A model generated the notes under the pieces. It made no database searches. It was not told where the DNA came from and worked only from the letters and a program-made list of their open reading frames with translations. Made by a program: the position numbers and the translations under genes. A DNA stretch of 64,000 nucleotides from Armatimonadota bacterium (GTDB lineage: Bacteria > Armatimonadota > SYMT01), in NCBI GenBank assembly GCA_046292385.1, contig JBKBRF010000037.1, forward strand, positions 1-64,000, read 5' to 3'. Of the stretch, positions 1-8,788 are shown piece after piece (positions within the stretch are counted from its first letter, which is position 1; the number at the start of each line of letters is the position of its first letter).

Positions 1-10
1 CCTGATTCCG

Positions 11-346
11 GCTGTAAAGCGAGTACCCGCCCTGCAGCCGGCAAAACATACTCTGCGCCCCGGGGCGCACCAACTTTACAGCGTGTGACACAAGCCACCG
101 CACTCCACAGACTGCACCGAGTCCGTCTCCCTTCCGCCGAAAGGGAGTCCCTCTCGGGCCGGCTTGTGGAGTGCGAATGCTTGCTTTCGCGCCCCGCGAC
201 AGCGGGGCACCGGAGCATTCGCCAACAGTATCCTTGCGCGGCCCTTCACTCGGAGTGCAGTCGTTCTTAATAGCTCCGCGGCGAGGACGACTTCTGCCTG
301 TCGACAGGTTCTGCGAGCCGTTAGGGAGGCCGCGCAAGCGTGTCAC
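11..346 (+). ncRNA. Candidate large structured RNA, family not recognised
   Basis: Non-coding region with many helices: 11-19/74-82, 85-91/340-346, 99-109/165-175, 110-122/248-262, 173-181/214-222, 233-243/328-338, 260-267/284-291; G-U wobbles favour + strand. Confidence 0.35.
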
Positions 347-495
347 TCCGCAAGAGCCCGCCCGGGGTGAACCGCTTCACCACCGGACGGTGCACTCTCC
401 CGGGCTGCTCCGCACCTCGGGAAGCAATCTATCGAACTCCACCTCCGAAACCGGGCACTCTAAAGCAGGAGCATCCGGCTCCGAAGGAGATACCG

Positions 496-1383
496 ATGAA
501 ACGGCTGGCGGTGTGGGGAGCGGCGGCGGTTCTGGCCCTGCTCGGGGTGGCGGGAGGACGCGGCCAGGCCGCCGCGCCGCGGGAGCTGCCGGTGGTGGTG
601 GTCGACGCCCCGCTGGCCGGAACCTGGCTCCGCCAGAACGGCACCCCGCACGTCTCGATCTCCGCGGAAGCGCTCCCCTCCCGCACCTTCTCCGGCCCCG
701 GAGTGATGGTGCTGCCGCTCGAATCGATCCGCTCGCACGAGGCGGTCGGCGCCGTGGAGCGGTACGTCCGGCAGGGTGGGCGAGTGGTAGCGACCTACTG
801 GGGTACGCTGGCCGGTCCTGAATCGGACCTCCACCCGGTCTACGACCTCTGCGAGCTCCTCGGCGTGCGGCCGGCCGGCTGGCGCTACGATGAGGAGGCG
901 GAGCTGGAGATCCGCTCGCGCGGCGTCGGAGCGCTGCCCCGGCCGGGCGCGAAGCTTCGGCTCTCCGACTGCATGCAGGTCGTCGCGGAGCCGATCGGCT
1001 CCACGCTGGTCGCCGCGCGCTGGACGAAGGCGGACGGCGCCTCCGCCGCTCCATCCGCACCGGCGGCCGCGTTCGTGAACGGCCGCGTCTTCTATTTCAC
1101 TTCCAACCTGTTCCGTCCGGACGGTGACACCTCTGCCGAGCGGGAGGCCTTCTTCTGGGCGCTGCAGCGGATCGCGCCGGACCTCGGCGTGCGAGTGCAG
1201 GCCCGCGACCGCCTCTACACCGCCTCCGCCGCCGTGCGGCGCCTGGAGGCCGGCGGCGCCACCCCGGAAGCCCGCGCCGCCCGCGCCGTCGTCGACGACG
1301 CTCGCCAGGCGTTCGCGGCGAAGGACCACGCACAGGCAATCCGCCTCGCCGACCGCGCCGCCGAAATGGCCGATCTCAAGTAG
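496..1383 (+). CDS. Secreted protein, possible class I glutamine amidotransferase-like domain
   Basis: AAGGAG RBS before ATG 496; signal peptide MKRLAVWGAAAVLALLG; VERYVRQGGRVVAT motif. Confidence 0.6.
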   Translation: MKRLAVWGAAAVLALLGVAGGRGQAAAPRELPVVVVDAPLAGTWLRQNGTPHVSISAEALPSRTFSGPGVMVLPLESIRSHEAVGAVERYVRQGGRVVATYWGTLAGPESDLHPVYDLCELLGVRPAGWRYDEEAELEIRSRGVGALPRPGAKLRLSDCMQVVAEPIGSTLVAARWTKADGASAAPSAPAAAFVNGRVFYFTSNLFRPDGDTSAEREAFFWALQRIAPDLGVRVQARDRLYTASAAVRRLEAGGATPEARAARAVVDDARQAFAAKDHAQAIRLADRAAEMADLK

Positions 1384-1387
1384 TTAC

Positions 1388-1502
1388 CAGGTTTGCAGGT
1401 TCCAGGTTGCAGGTTGGCCGTTGACGGCTGTGAGGCTCATCTGACGGTGGGGCACCAGCCCGGTTCCTAACCTGCAACCTGCCAACCTGCGACTTGCCAA
1501 CT
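1388..1502. repeat. Inverted arrays of GCAGGTT-like short repeats between convergent genes
   Basis: caggtttgcaggttccaggttgcaggtt followed by aacctgcaacctgccaacctgc. Confidence 0.75.
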
Positions 1503-2277
1503 ACTCTGCACGCGTTAGAAACGGTAACATCGCCGCCGCCAGCTCCGGTGCGTGGCTGAAGTGGGAGCCGTGCGGGCCGGGGTACTCGCCGTACTCGCCG
1601 CAGGGCAGCAGGTCGGCAACCTCCCGCGCGCGCCGCTCCGCAACGACCGGATCCTCCGTGCCGCGCAGCACCAGGGTCGGCTGGGTGGTGCGGCGCAGGA
1701 CAGTGTGGAAGTCGTACCGCTTCTGCTCCAGCAGCATGTGCAGGAGGCGTAGGGGACCGCAGCGCCAATAGGCGGGAATGATCGCCCGGTAGAGGGCCAG
1801 GCTCTCCCGGGGCGCGTCCAGCGCCGCCCGCGCGAGCTGGATCGTTAGCGACCGCAGGTGCGGCAATGCCGCGGGACCCACCAGCACCAGCTTCCGCACT
1901 TGCTCCGGCCGCGCCGCGGCGCAGAGCAGCGCGACCTCGCAGCCGAGCGACTGCCCCACCAGCACGCACCGCTCCGGCACCACCTGCTCCAGCCACTCGC
2001 CCAGGTGATGCGCCAGGGTGGGGAGACGCAGAGCCCACGGGGGATCGTCGCTGCGGCCGAAGCCGGGGAGGTCGAGCGCGTGGACGCGGAACGGTCCCGC
2101 CTCCGCCAGCTCCCGCTGCGCCGGGCGCCAGTACTCCGTGGAGACGCCGGCGCCGTGGACCAGCACCACTTCGGGACCGCTGCCCTCCACGCGGGAGAAG
2201 GTCCGCACCCCGTCGATGCAGTCGAACCGCTCCCGCGCCCGTTCGGTCCGCACCGCCCTCTCTCGCACACCCTGCAC
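1501..2277 (-). CDS. Alpha/beta fold hydrolase
   Basis: VVLVHG, DLPGFGRS, GQSLG nucleophile elbow, C-terminal His. Confidence 0.9.
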   Translation of the reverse strand: MQGVRERAVRTERARERFDCIDGVRTFSRVEGSGPEVVLVHGAGVSTEYWRPAQRELAEAGPFRVHALDLPGFGRSDDPPWALRLPTLAHHLGEWLEQVVPERCVLVGQSLGCEVALLCAAARPEQVRKLVLVGPAALPHLRSLTIQLARAALDAPRESLALYRAIIPAYWRCGPLRLLHMLLEQKRYDFHTVLRRTTQPTLVLRGTEDPVVAERRAREVADLLPCGEYGEYPGPHGSHFSHAPELAAAMLPFLTRAE

Positions 2278-2396
2278 CCGGTTTCCTCCGGCCGGTTCTC
2301 CCCCCGGCGCTCCGGTCGCAAACAGAGGAACCGGAGCCCGCGCGAGGAACTCGACGGTGACAGCCGTCCGCTTTCGCCCACGAGGAGATTTCCCCG

Positions 2397-3101
2397 ATGT
2401 CCGCGCCCACGTCGACCGTCCCGCCGCTCCCGATCAGACCGCCGATCGTGCAGGTTGCGATCGACGTGCTGGAGATCCCCCGCGCGCTCCGGATCGCCGA
2501 GGCAGCGGTCCGCGCCGGGGTCGACTGGCTGGAGGCCGGCACGCCGCTCATCACCTTCCAGGGGGTTTCGGCGATCGGCGCGCTGGCGCGGGAGTTTCCC
2601 GAGCACCCGGTGCTGGCCGACTTCAAGATGATGGACGGCGTGCGGAAGTACGTGCTGGCAACCGCGGAGCAGGGCGGCCGGATCGCCACCATCTGCGGGG
2701 TGTCGTCCGACGCGAGCATCCGGACGGCGGTCCAGGCCGGCCGCGACTCCGGCGTCCGCGTGCTCTGCGACCTCTACGCCGCGACCGACGGTCCGCGCCG
2801 CGCGGCGGAGGTGGAGGCGCTGGGGGTCGACTCCGTCTACATCCACTACGGAGCGGACCAGCGCGGCGAAGACCCGGACCGCGACCCGGCGCTCTTCCTG
2901 GACCAGATCGCGGGCCGGACCCGCACGCCAGTGGGAGTGGGGACCTTTTCCGTGGCGAATGGAGTCGACGCCGTGCGCCGGGGCGCGGACATCGTGGTGA
3001 TCGGGGTCCCATTCATCCTGGAAGACGACCCGACGGAGAGCCTGCGCGAGTACGTGCTGCGGGTGAAGGAGGCGTGGCACGCGCGGCGGGAGAGCCGATA
3101 G
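2397..3101 (+). CDS. 3-hexulose-6-phosphate synthase / KGPDC family (OMP decarboxylase superfamily)
   Basis: QVAID, WLEAGTPLI, VLADFKMMD motifs. Confidence 0.85.
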   Translation: MSAPTSTVPPLPIRPPIVQVAIDVLEIPRALRIAEAAVRAGVDWLEAGTPLITFQGVSAIGALAREFPEHPVLADFKMMDGVRKYVLATAEQGGRIATICGVSSDASIRTAVQAGRDSGVRVLCDLYAATDGPRRAAEVEALGVDSVYIHYGADQRGEDPDRDPALFLDQIAGRTRTPVGVGTFSVANGVDAVRRGADIVVIGVPFILEDDPTESLREYVLRVKEAWHARRESR

Positions 3102-3141
3102 ACAGGCTGCCGGAGCTCTGGTAACATCGCCGGGATATCAA

Positions 3142-4113
3142 ATGCAAGTTCACTACCAGGACGGCATCTTTCTTCCCGGCCCCGGGCTCTGGCTCGACCC
3201 GCGCAGGGCGCGCCAGACCGCCATCGTCTCGCATGCCCACGCGGACCACGTGCAGCGTCACCAGCAGGTGATCACCTCGGTCCCCACGGCGGCGATGATG
3301 CGGCTGCGCGGCCTTACTCGCTGCCAGTTCCGCACGCTGCCGTACGGCGCCGCGGAGATGATGGGGGAGGCGCGGGTCACCCTGTACCCGGCGGGGCACA
3401 TCCTGGGGTCGGCGCAGACGCTGGTCGAGTGGGACTCCGCCCGCCTGCTCTACTCCGGCGACTTCAAGCTGCGGCCCGGGTTGAGCGCGGAGCCGGTGGA
3501 GGTGCCGCAGGCCGACGTGGTGGTGATGGAGACCACCTTCGGCCGGCCTCGCTACCGCTTTCCGGAGACCTCCACCGTCATCGAGCAGATCCTGGCGTTC
3601 TGCCGGCGCGCGCTGGCGGACGGCTGCACGCCGGTGCTGTTCTGCTACAGCCTGGGAAAGGGGCAGGAGCTGCTCGCCTGCCTGGACGGGCTGGAGCACC
3701 CGATCTACCTGCACGAGAAGCACTGGGAGATGGCGTCGCTCTACGTGGAGCACGGGGTAAAGCTGCCGCCGTTCCGCAAGTACGAGCCGGGGCAGCCGCT
3801 CGACGGCGTGCTGCTCTGCGCCTCCGGCTGTCGAAAAGCGGCCTGGTTCAGCCAGCTCGCGCGACTCCGGACCGCGTACGTCTCCGGCTGGGCGATCGAT
3901 TCCGGCGCCCGGTGGCGCTTCCGCACCGACGCCGCCTTCGCGCTCTCCGATCACGCCGACTACGACGACCTGTGGGAGTACGTCCGCCGCACCGGAGCCG
4001 AGCGGATCTACACGATGCACGGCTTCGCGGACCAGTTCGCCGGGGACCTGCGCCGCAAAGGCTACTGGGCCGAGCCGCTGCGAGAGCCGCCGCTCCAGCT
4101 CAGCCTGTTCTAA
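3142..4113 (+). CDS. MBL-fold (beta-CASP-like) nuclease, ligase-associated DNA damage exonuclease type
   Basis: SHAHADH, PAGHILGSA, YSGDFK, METTFG, YSLGKGQE, LSDHAD. Confidence 0.9.
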   Translation: MQVHYQDGIFLPGPGLWLDPRRARQTAIVSHAHADHVQRHQQVITSVPTAAMMRLRGLTRCQFRTLPYGAAEMMGEARVTLYPAGHILGSAQTLVEWDSARLLYSGDFKLRPGLSAEPVEVPQADVVVMETTFGRPRYRFPETSTVIEQILAFCRRALADGCTPVLFCYSLGKGQELLACLDGLEHPIYLHEKHWEMASLYVEHGVKLPPFRKYEPGQPLDGVLLCASGCRKAAWFSQLARLRTAYVSGWAIDSGARWRFRTDAAFALSDHADYDDLWEYVRRTGAERIYTMHGFADQFAGDLRRKGYWAEPLREPPLQLSLF

Positions 4114-4131
4114 CAACCAGCTCAAAGGGGC

Positions 4132-5310
4132 GTGATACCGGTGCCGGATCCGGGCCAGGAATGCAGGGTCACCGTGGGGAGAAACGAGGAGCGGAAGGCG
4201 GTCTGCGCCCGCTTTGAAGCGCTGTACTACGCCATCCTCGCCACCGAAGCTTCCCTCGGGCGGAGCGAGCCCCGGATCGACGAGGGGCTGGATCCGGAGC
4301 GGCTCCGCGCGCTCTATGAACGCCGCTTCGCCCTCGAGCTGCCGCCGCTGCCGTTCCGCGCGCCGACCGTCGACGCGCTGCTTCGCCGCGCCCGCGCGCT
4401 GCTGACGCCCGACCGGCTCCTTGTGCTCGCCGCGGGAGAGGCGGTGCGGCACGAGGACGGCCGGCTGGAGGCGCGGCTCACGACCGGTGAGGGGGAGAGC
4501 GCGCACCACTGGTCACTCCACGCGATCTGCGACGCTCGCTTCTGGGGGATCGATATCCGGCCGATCGATCCCGCCTCCCGGGAGGTGGTGGAGGAGAGCG
4601 TCTGGGGCCGCGTGCTGCAGTCGCTCGAGTCGGACCTCGCTTCGCTCGCCAAGATCGAGCGCCGCTTCGCCCACCGCGAGGGGCCCCCGGAGATGGAGAT
4701 CGTCTCCACCGGAGAGGGCGAGGCGTTCGAGCGGCTGATGACGGAGATCCTCGATTGCCCGCCCTGGAAGGCGCGGCAGGCCTCGCTGGCGGAGGACTTC
4801 CTGGAGAAGACCGACCTCCGCGTCTCGCACCCGGAGCTCGGCCGGCCCCGCGGCGCGCGCGTGCAGGTGGCGCTCACCGGCAGCCGAGCGCGCAGCGAGA
4901 GCAAGCGGGAGCAGATCCGCGCCGCGGAGGAGTTCGTGCACCTCTCTCCCCGCACGCTCGCGGAGGCGCTCGTCTCCGGGGTGCTCTCCGGCGCGGAAAC
5001 CGCGGCCGTGCACCGCGCCCTGGGAACCGCGAAGAAGTCGACCGGGGAGATCGCGTGGGAGCTGCGGCGCCACTTCCTGCAGGCGATCCGAGAGCCCAGG
5101 GAGGACCCCCGCGGTCCGATCATGCGGATCCCGGAATCAGTGCGGGGGCTCGTCCGCGCGTACGTGACGCAGGAAGCGACCGCCGCCACCCGCGCCCTGC
5201 GCGAGAACGAGGCACGCCGCAGCCGGAACCGCACGCCACCCTGCGATCCAACGGGCGACGCCCAGCCGGCCGATGTCGCGGCACCGGAAGGTTTGGATGA
5301 GGTACTATGA
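4132..5310 (+). CDS. Hypothetical protein, possible restriction-endonuclease-like C-terminal domain
   Basis: 392-aa ORF filling the gap between genes; GEAFERLM..EDFLEKTDLRV..RVQV acidic pattern. Confidence 0.55.
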   Translation: MIPVPDPGQECRVTVGRNEERKAVCARFEALYYAILATEASLGRSEPRIDEGLDPERLRALYERRFALELPPLPFRAPTVDALLRRARALLTPDRLLVLAAGEAVRHEDGRLEARLTTGEGESAHHWSLHAICDARFWGIDIRPIDPASREVVEESVWGRVLQSLESDLASLAKIERRFAHREGPPEMEIVSTGEGEAFERLMTEILDCPPWKARQASLAEDFLEKTDLRVSHPELGRPRGARVQVALTGSRARSESKREQIRAAEEFVHLSPRTLAEALVSGVLSGAETAAVHRALGTAKKSTGEIAWELRRHFLQAIREPREDPRGPIMRIPESVRGLVRAYVTQEATAATRALRENEARRSRNRTPPCDPTGDAQPADVAAPEGLDEVL

Positions 5311-5346
5311 AGCGAGCTTCTGCCCACGAAGCCGGTCCGGTCCTTG

Positions 5347-5598
5347 GGAGCCCTCCGGTGCTGCCTAGGCAGCACCGGAGGGGTTCGCTTGTGAGGCCCC
5401 CTGGCGAGGGAGTCTCGCTTGAGCCGGACGGAGTGGCCCGTAAATCGCAGCTGCGGAGGCGTCGCAGCCAACCAACGCGGAGCGCAGCCTACCGGTGCGC
5501 ACGCCCGGAGCAGTCCGCTAGCCCGAAGGGCGTGAAAGGACTGCGGGAGGGCCATTCACGCGGGAGGGCCGCTCCGAGAGGTGAGGGCGCGGGGTGGA
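5347..5598 (+). repeat. ~250-bp structured repeat element, copy A
   Basis: Aligns to 6917-7169; core 5499-5572 is 73/74 identical to 7070-7143; perfect 32-nt palindrome 5351-5382. Confidence 0.85.
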
Positions 5599-5693
5599 AC
5601 CTCGAAGAGATGACGACTTCGTCCGGAGCATCTCTTTCACGAGTCTTGCTCTGCCACTGCCGCACCGAGTAAGAGATACCCGACCGCAGACCG

Positions 5694-6770
5694 ATGCAGC
5701 CACCACCGACAGAAATCGATTGGGACGAAGCGCTGGAGCGGATCTCCACGCTTACCGGCGTGGTGATGCTGGTCGGCGCCACCGACGTGGGGAAGTCGAC
5801 GCTCACGCTCGAGTGCGCCAACCGGGCGGTGCGCGCCGGCCGCCGCGCGGCGGTGCTCGATACCGACCTGGGGCAGGGGGAGGTCGGCCCACCCGGCACC
5901 CTCGGCGTCGTGCGGCTCGACGCGCCGGTCGCCACGCTCTCCGAGGTAAAGCCGCGCGCGCTGGCGTTCGTCGGCGATACCACCCCCATCGGGCACCTCC
6001 TCGGCGTGGTGCAGGGCACGCGGCGGATGGTCTCTCACGCGCTGGCGCGGGACGACGAGCTGGTGCTGGTCGATACCTCCGGCGTGGTCCACGGCCGCGT
6101 GGCGGAGAAGCTGAAGCTGGCGAAGCTGGCGGTGGTGGAGCCGGACCTGGTGGTGGTGGTGCAGCGCGGCGCGGAGATCGCGCGGCTGACGACGCTGATC
6201 GACGGCTCCAGCGCCGCGCCGGTACTGCACGTGCGCAGCCCGGAGGCGGTGCGGCGGAAGTCGCCGATGTATCGCCGCGCGCAGCGGGCGAACCGGATGC
6301 GCCGGCACTTCGAGCTGGCGCGGGCGATCGATCTCGACGCCGGGCAGGTGCGGGTGGTCGACGCCTGGCTCTACACCGGGGAGGCACTCCAGCGCCGCCG
6401 GCTGGAGCTGCTGAGCGCCGCCCTGAAGACCCCGATCCCGCACGGCGAGATCACGCCGGACGGCGTCTGGCTCTGCGTGGAGCGGCGTCCGGACCGGGAC
6501 GGCCAGGCGGTGCTGCAGGAGGAGTTCGGCCGGCGGCGCGTCCACTTCACGCCCGTCACCGCGTTCCGGAACCTGCTGGTCGGCCTCGTCGGTCCGGAGG
6601 GTCACCTGCTCGAGATCGGGCTCTTGCAGGGCGTGAACTTCGAGCGCGCCGTCTTCTCCGTCCTCACGCCGGTCCGCAGCGTGGGTGAGGTGGGACAGCT
6701 TCACTTCGGCCGCCTCCGCCTGCGCCCGGACGGGTCCGAGATCGCCCGGCTGCGGCCGGGAGACATGTGA
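5694..6770 (+). CDS. Clp1/Grc3/Nol9-family polynucleotide 5'-OH kinase
   Basis: GATDVGKST Walker A, DTDLGQGEVGPPGT, VDTSG, RRAQR lid, LLVGL..LEIG C-domain. Confidence 0.88.
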   Translation: MQPPPTEIDWDEALERISTLTGVVMLVGATDVGKSTLTLECANRAVRAGRRAAVLDTDLGQGEVGPPGTLGVVRLDAPVATLSEVKPRALAFVGDTTPIGHLLGVVQGTRRMVSHALARDDELVLVDTSGVVHGRVAEKLKLAKLAVVEPDLVVVVQRGAEIARLTTLIDGSSAAPVLHVRSPEAVRRKSPMYRRAQRANRMRRHFELARAIDLDAGQVRVVDAWLYTGEALQRRRLELLSAALKTPIPHGEITPDGVWLCVERRPDRDGQAVLQEEFGRRRVHFTPVTAFRNLLVGLVGPEGHLLEIGLLQGVNFERAVFSVLTPVRSVGEVGQLHFGRLRLRPDGSEIARLRPGDM

Positions 6771-6773
6771 GGA

Positions 6774-6858
6774 GTTGCAGGTTGGCAGGTTCGCAGGTTG
6801 CAGGTCGCGCGCCGGCATCAGCGGGCGCCGCGCGCGTTAACATGCAACCTGCCAGCCT
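6774..6858. repeat. Inverted GCAGGTT-like repeat arrays
   Basis: gttgcaggttggcaggttcgcaggttgcagg ... tgcaacctgccagcct. Confidence 0.7.
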
Positions 6859-6916
6859 ATACCGCTCAACACGAGAGCGCTGTCGAGCCGCGCAGACTCT
6901 TCGGGAATGTTCATAA

Positions 6917-7169
6917 GGAGCCCGGAAGCGATGCCGGAGGCAGGGCTGGAGGGATCCACTTGTGGCCACCCCTTGCCAGGGGTGGCTGCTTGAGCCGGGT
7001 GGGACGGCCCGTGAATCGCCGCAATGATGAAGCCGCAGTTCCCGAACGCGGAGCGCTGGCTGCCGGAGTGCACGCCCGGAGCAGTCCGCTAGCCCGAAGG
7101 GCGTGAAAGGACTGCCGGAGGGCCATTCACGCGGGAGGGCCGCCCCGCTCGGTGAGGGCACGGGGTGGA
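6917..7169 (+). repeat. ~250-bp structured repeat element, copy B
   Basis: Direct-orientation homolog of 5347-5598. Confidence 0.85.
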
Positions 7170-7276
7170 CTCCCGGAGCGGCGACGGTCTCGCCGAGAGA
7201 ATCTCCCTCACGCCGGATTGAGTTTGGTTGCTGTATGAGCCGCGCTGTGAACCTACAAACCTGATAAGTAGACGCA

Positions 7277-7960
7277 ATGAATGAACTGAACGCCGCACCC
7301 GGAACGCAGTTCCTCCTGATCCGCCACGGGGAGACGCAGTGGAACCTCGATGGGCGGGTGCAGGGACACAAGGACGTCGCGCTCACCCCGCGCGGCGAGG
7401 AGCAGGCCCGGCGGCTGGCCGACTGGCTGGCGCACGAGCAGCTCGACGCCCTCTACTCCAGCGACCTGCTTCGCGCCCGGCGCACGGCGGAGATCATCGC
7501 GGCGGCGCGGCCGGAGACGCCGGCGGAGATCCGCATCGACCCCCGGGTTCGCGAGGCCGGAATGGGGGTATTCGAGGGCATGACGGCGCAGGAGATGGCC
7601 GCCTCGGAGCACGCCGCAGCCTACCGCGCCTGGCGAGAAGACGCGCTGCGCAACCGGCCGCCGGGCGGCGAGACGCTGGAAGACTTGCTGCGTCGCTGCA
7701 TGGCGGCGGTGCGGGAGATGGTGGAGGGGCACCCGGGGCAGTCGATCGCGATCGTGGCGCACGGCGGGCCGGTGCGGGCGATGACGTGCGGGAGCCTGGG
7801 ACTGCCGATGGAGATCTATCCGAAGCTGCGGGTGGAGAACGCCTCGGTGGCGCGAATCCTCTTCAGCGAGAAGGGACCGATCCTCGCCGGGTTCAACGAC
7901 GTCGGCCACCTGAAGACCGCTTCGCTGGCGCCGAGGCACGTCGGCTGGGAGGAGAAGTAG
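7277..7960 (+). CDS. Histidine phosphatase family protein (GpmB/CobC-like)
   Basis: LIRHGETQWN, YSSDLLRA, PPGGET, VAHGG. Confidence 0.92.
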   Translation: MNELNAAPGTQFLLIRHGETQWNLDGRVQGHKDVALTPRGEEQARRLADWLAHEQLDALYSSDLLRARRTAEIIAAARPETPAEIRIDPRVREAGMGVFEGMTAQEMAASEHAAAYRAWREDALRNRPPGGETLEDLLRRCMAAVREMVEGHPGQSIAIVAHGGPVRAMTCGSLGLPMEIYPKLRVENASVARILFSEKGPILAGFNDVGHLKTASLAPRHVGWEEK

Positions 7961-7979
7961 CGAGATGCCGGCGGGCACC

Positions 7980-8744
7980 ATGCCGCGGGTCTACCGGACC
8001 GAAGCCGTAGTCATCCGCCGCGTGAACACGGGCGAGACCGACCGGGTCCTCACCCTCTTCACGCGCGACCTCGGCAAGATCAGCGCCATCGCCAAGGGCG
8101 CCCGCGGCCCCCGCAGCCGTCTCTCCGCCGTCACGGAGCCGTTCACCTACTTTCGCGGGCTGATGGCGAAGGGCCAGACGCTCGACGTCCTGACCCAGGC
8201 GGAGGTCCAGAGCTCGTTTCCCGGCATCCGGAAGGACCTGACCCGCATCGGCTACGCCTCCTACTTCGTCGAGCTGGTCGACGCCGGCACGGAGGAGCGG
8301 CAGGAGTCGCCGGAGCTGTGGGACGTGCTCCTCGCCTCGCTCGCCGCGCTGGAGACGGCCGCGACGCCCGACGTGCTGGCGCGCGCCTTCGAGCTGCACG
8401 CCATGCGCCTGCTGGGCTACGAGCCGAGCCTCTTCCGGTGCGCGCTGTGCCAGGGGGAAGTGGGGGTGCCCGGCACCGGTTTCCACCCCACCCGCGGCGG
8501 CATCGTCTGCCCGCGCTGCGCCCGCACGCCCGGCACCGTGGCGCTGAGCCCACCGGCGGTCACCGCGCTCTCGGAGCTCACCGCCGTCCCGCTCGCCGCC
8601 GCGGCCTCTTCCGGACTGCCGGAGCGCACCCGCGGCGAGCTGGCGCGGAGCCTGGTGCCGTTCGTGCGGCATCACGTGGAGAAGGGGCTCCGCTCCCTGG
8701 AGTTCCTCGACGACCTCGCCATGCCGACCCTCCCCGAAGAGTAG
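7980..8744 (+). CDS. recO: DNA repair protein RecO
   Basis: EAVVIRR..GETDRVLTLFT..GKISAIAKGAR; CALC..CPRC zinc motif. Confidence 0.95.
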   Translation: MPRVYRTEAVVIRRVNTGETDRVLTLFTRDLGKISAIAKGARGPRSRLSAVTEPFTYFRGLMAKGQTLDVLTQAEVQSSFPGIRKDLTRIGYASYFVELVDAGTEERQESPELWDVLLASLAALETAATPDVLARAFELHAMRLLGYEPSLFRCALCQGEVGVPGTGFHPTRGGIVCPRCARTPGTVALSPPAVTALSELTAVPLAAAASSGLPERTRGELARSLVPFVRHHVEKGLRSLEFLDDLAMPTLPEE

Positions 8745-8788
8745 CGCCGCCTCGCGCCATTCCGCGCTGCTCCCGACCTGCCACCGAG

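Noticed and set aside
173..185. 13-mer GCGAATGCTTGCT shared with 45830-45842
   Set aside because: Matches of this length are expected by chance in 64 kb and the flanks do not align
83..440. Group II intron (GTGTG at 83, gaaccgc..accggacggt near 369)
   Set aside because: The putative domain V does not close into the conserved hairpin, and no domain VI or RT is present
2397..3101. Ribulose monophosphate formaldehyde-fixation operon
   Set aside because: No phosphohexuloisomerase partner nearby; substrate cannot be assigned from motifs
5347..7169. Hammerhead ribozyme or glycine/cobalamin riboswitch identity for the repeats
   Set aside because: Required cores (CUGANGA with GAAA, CUCUCAGG, B12 box) not found
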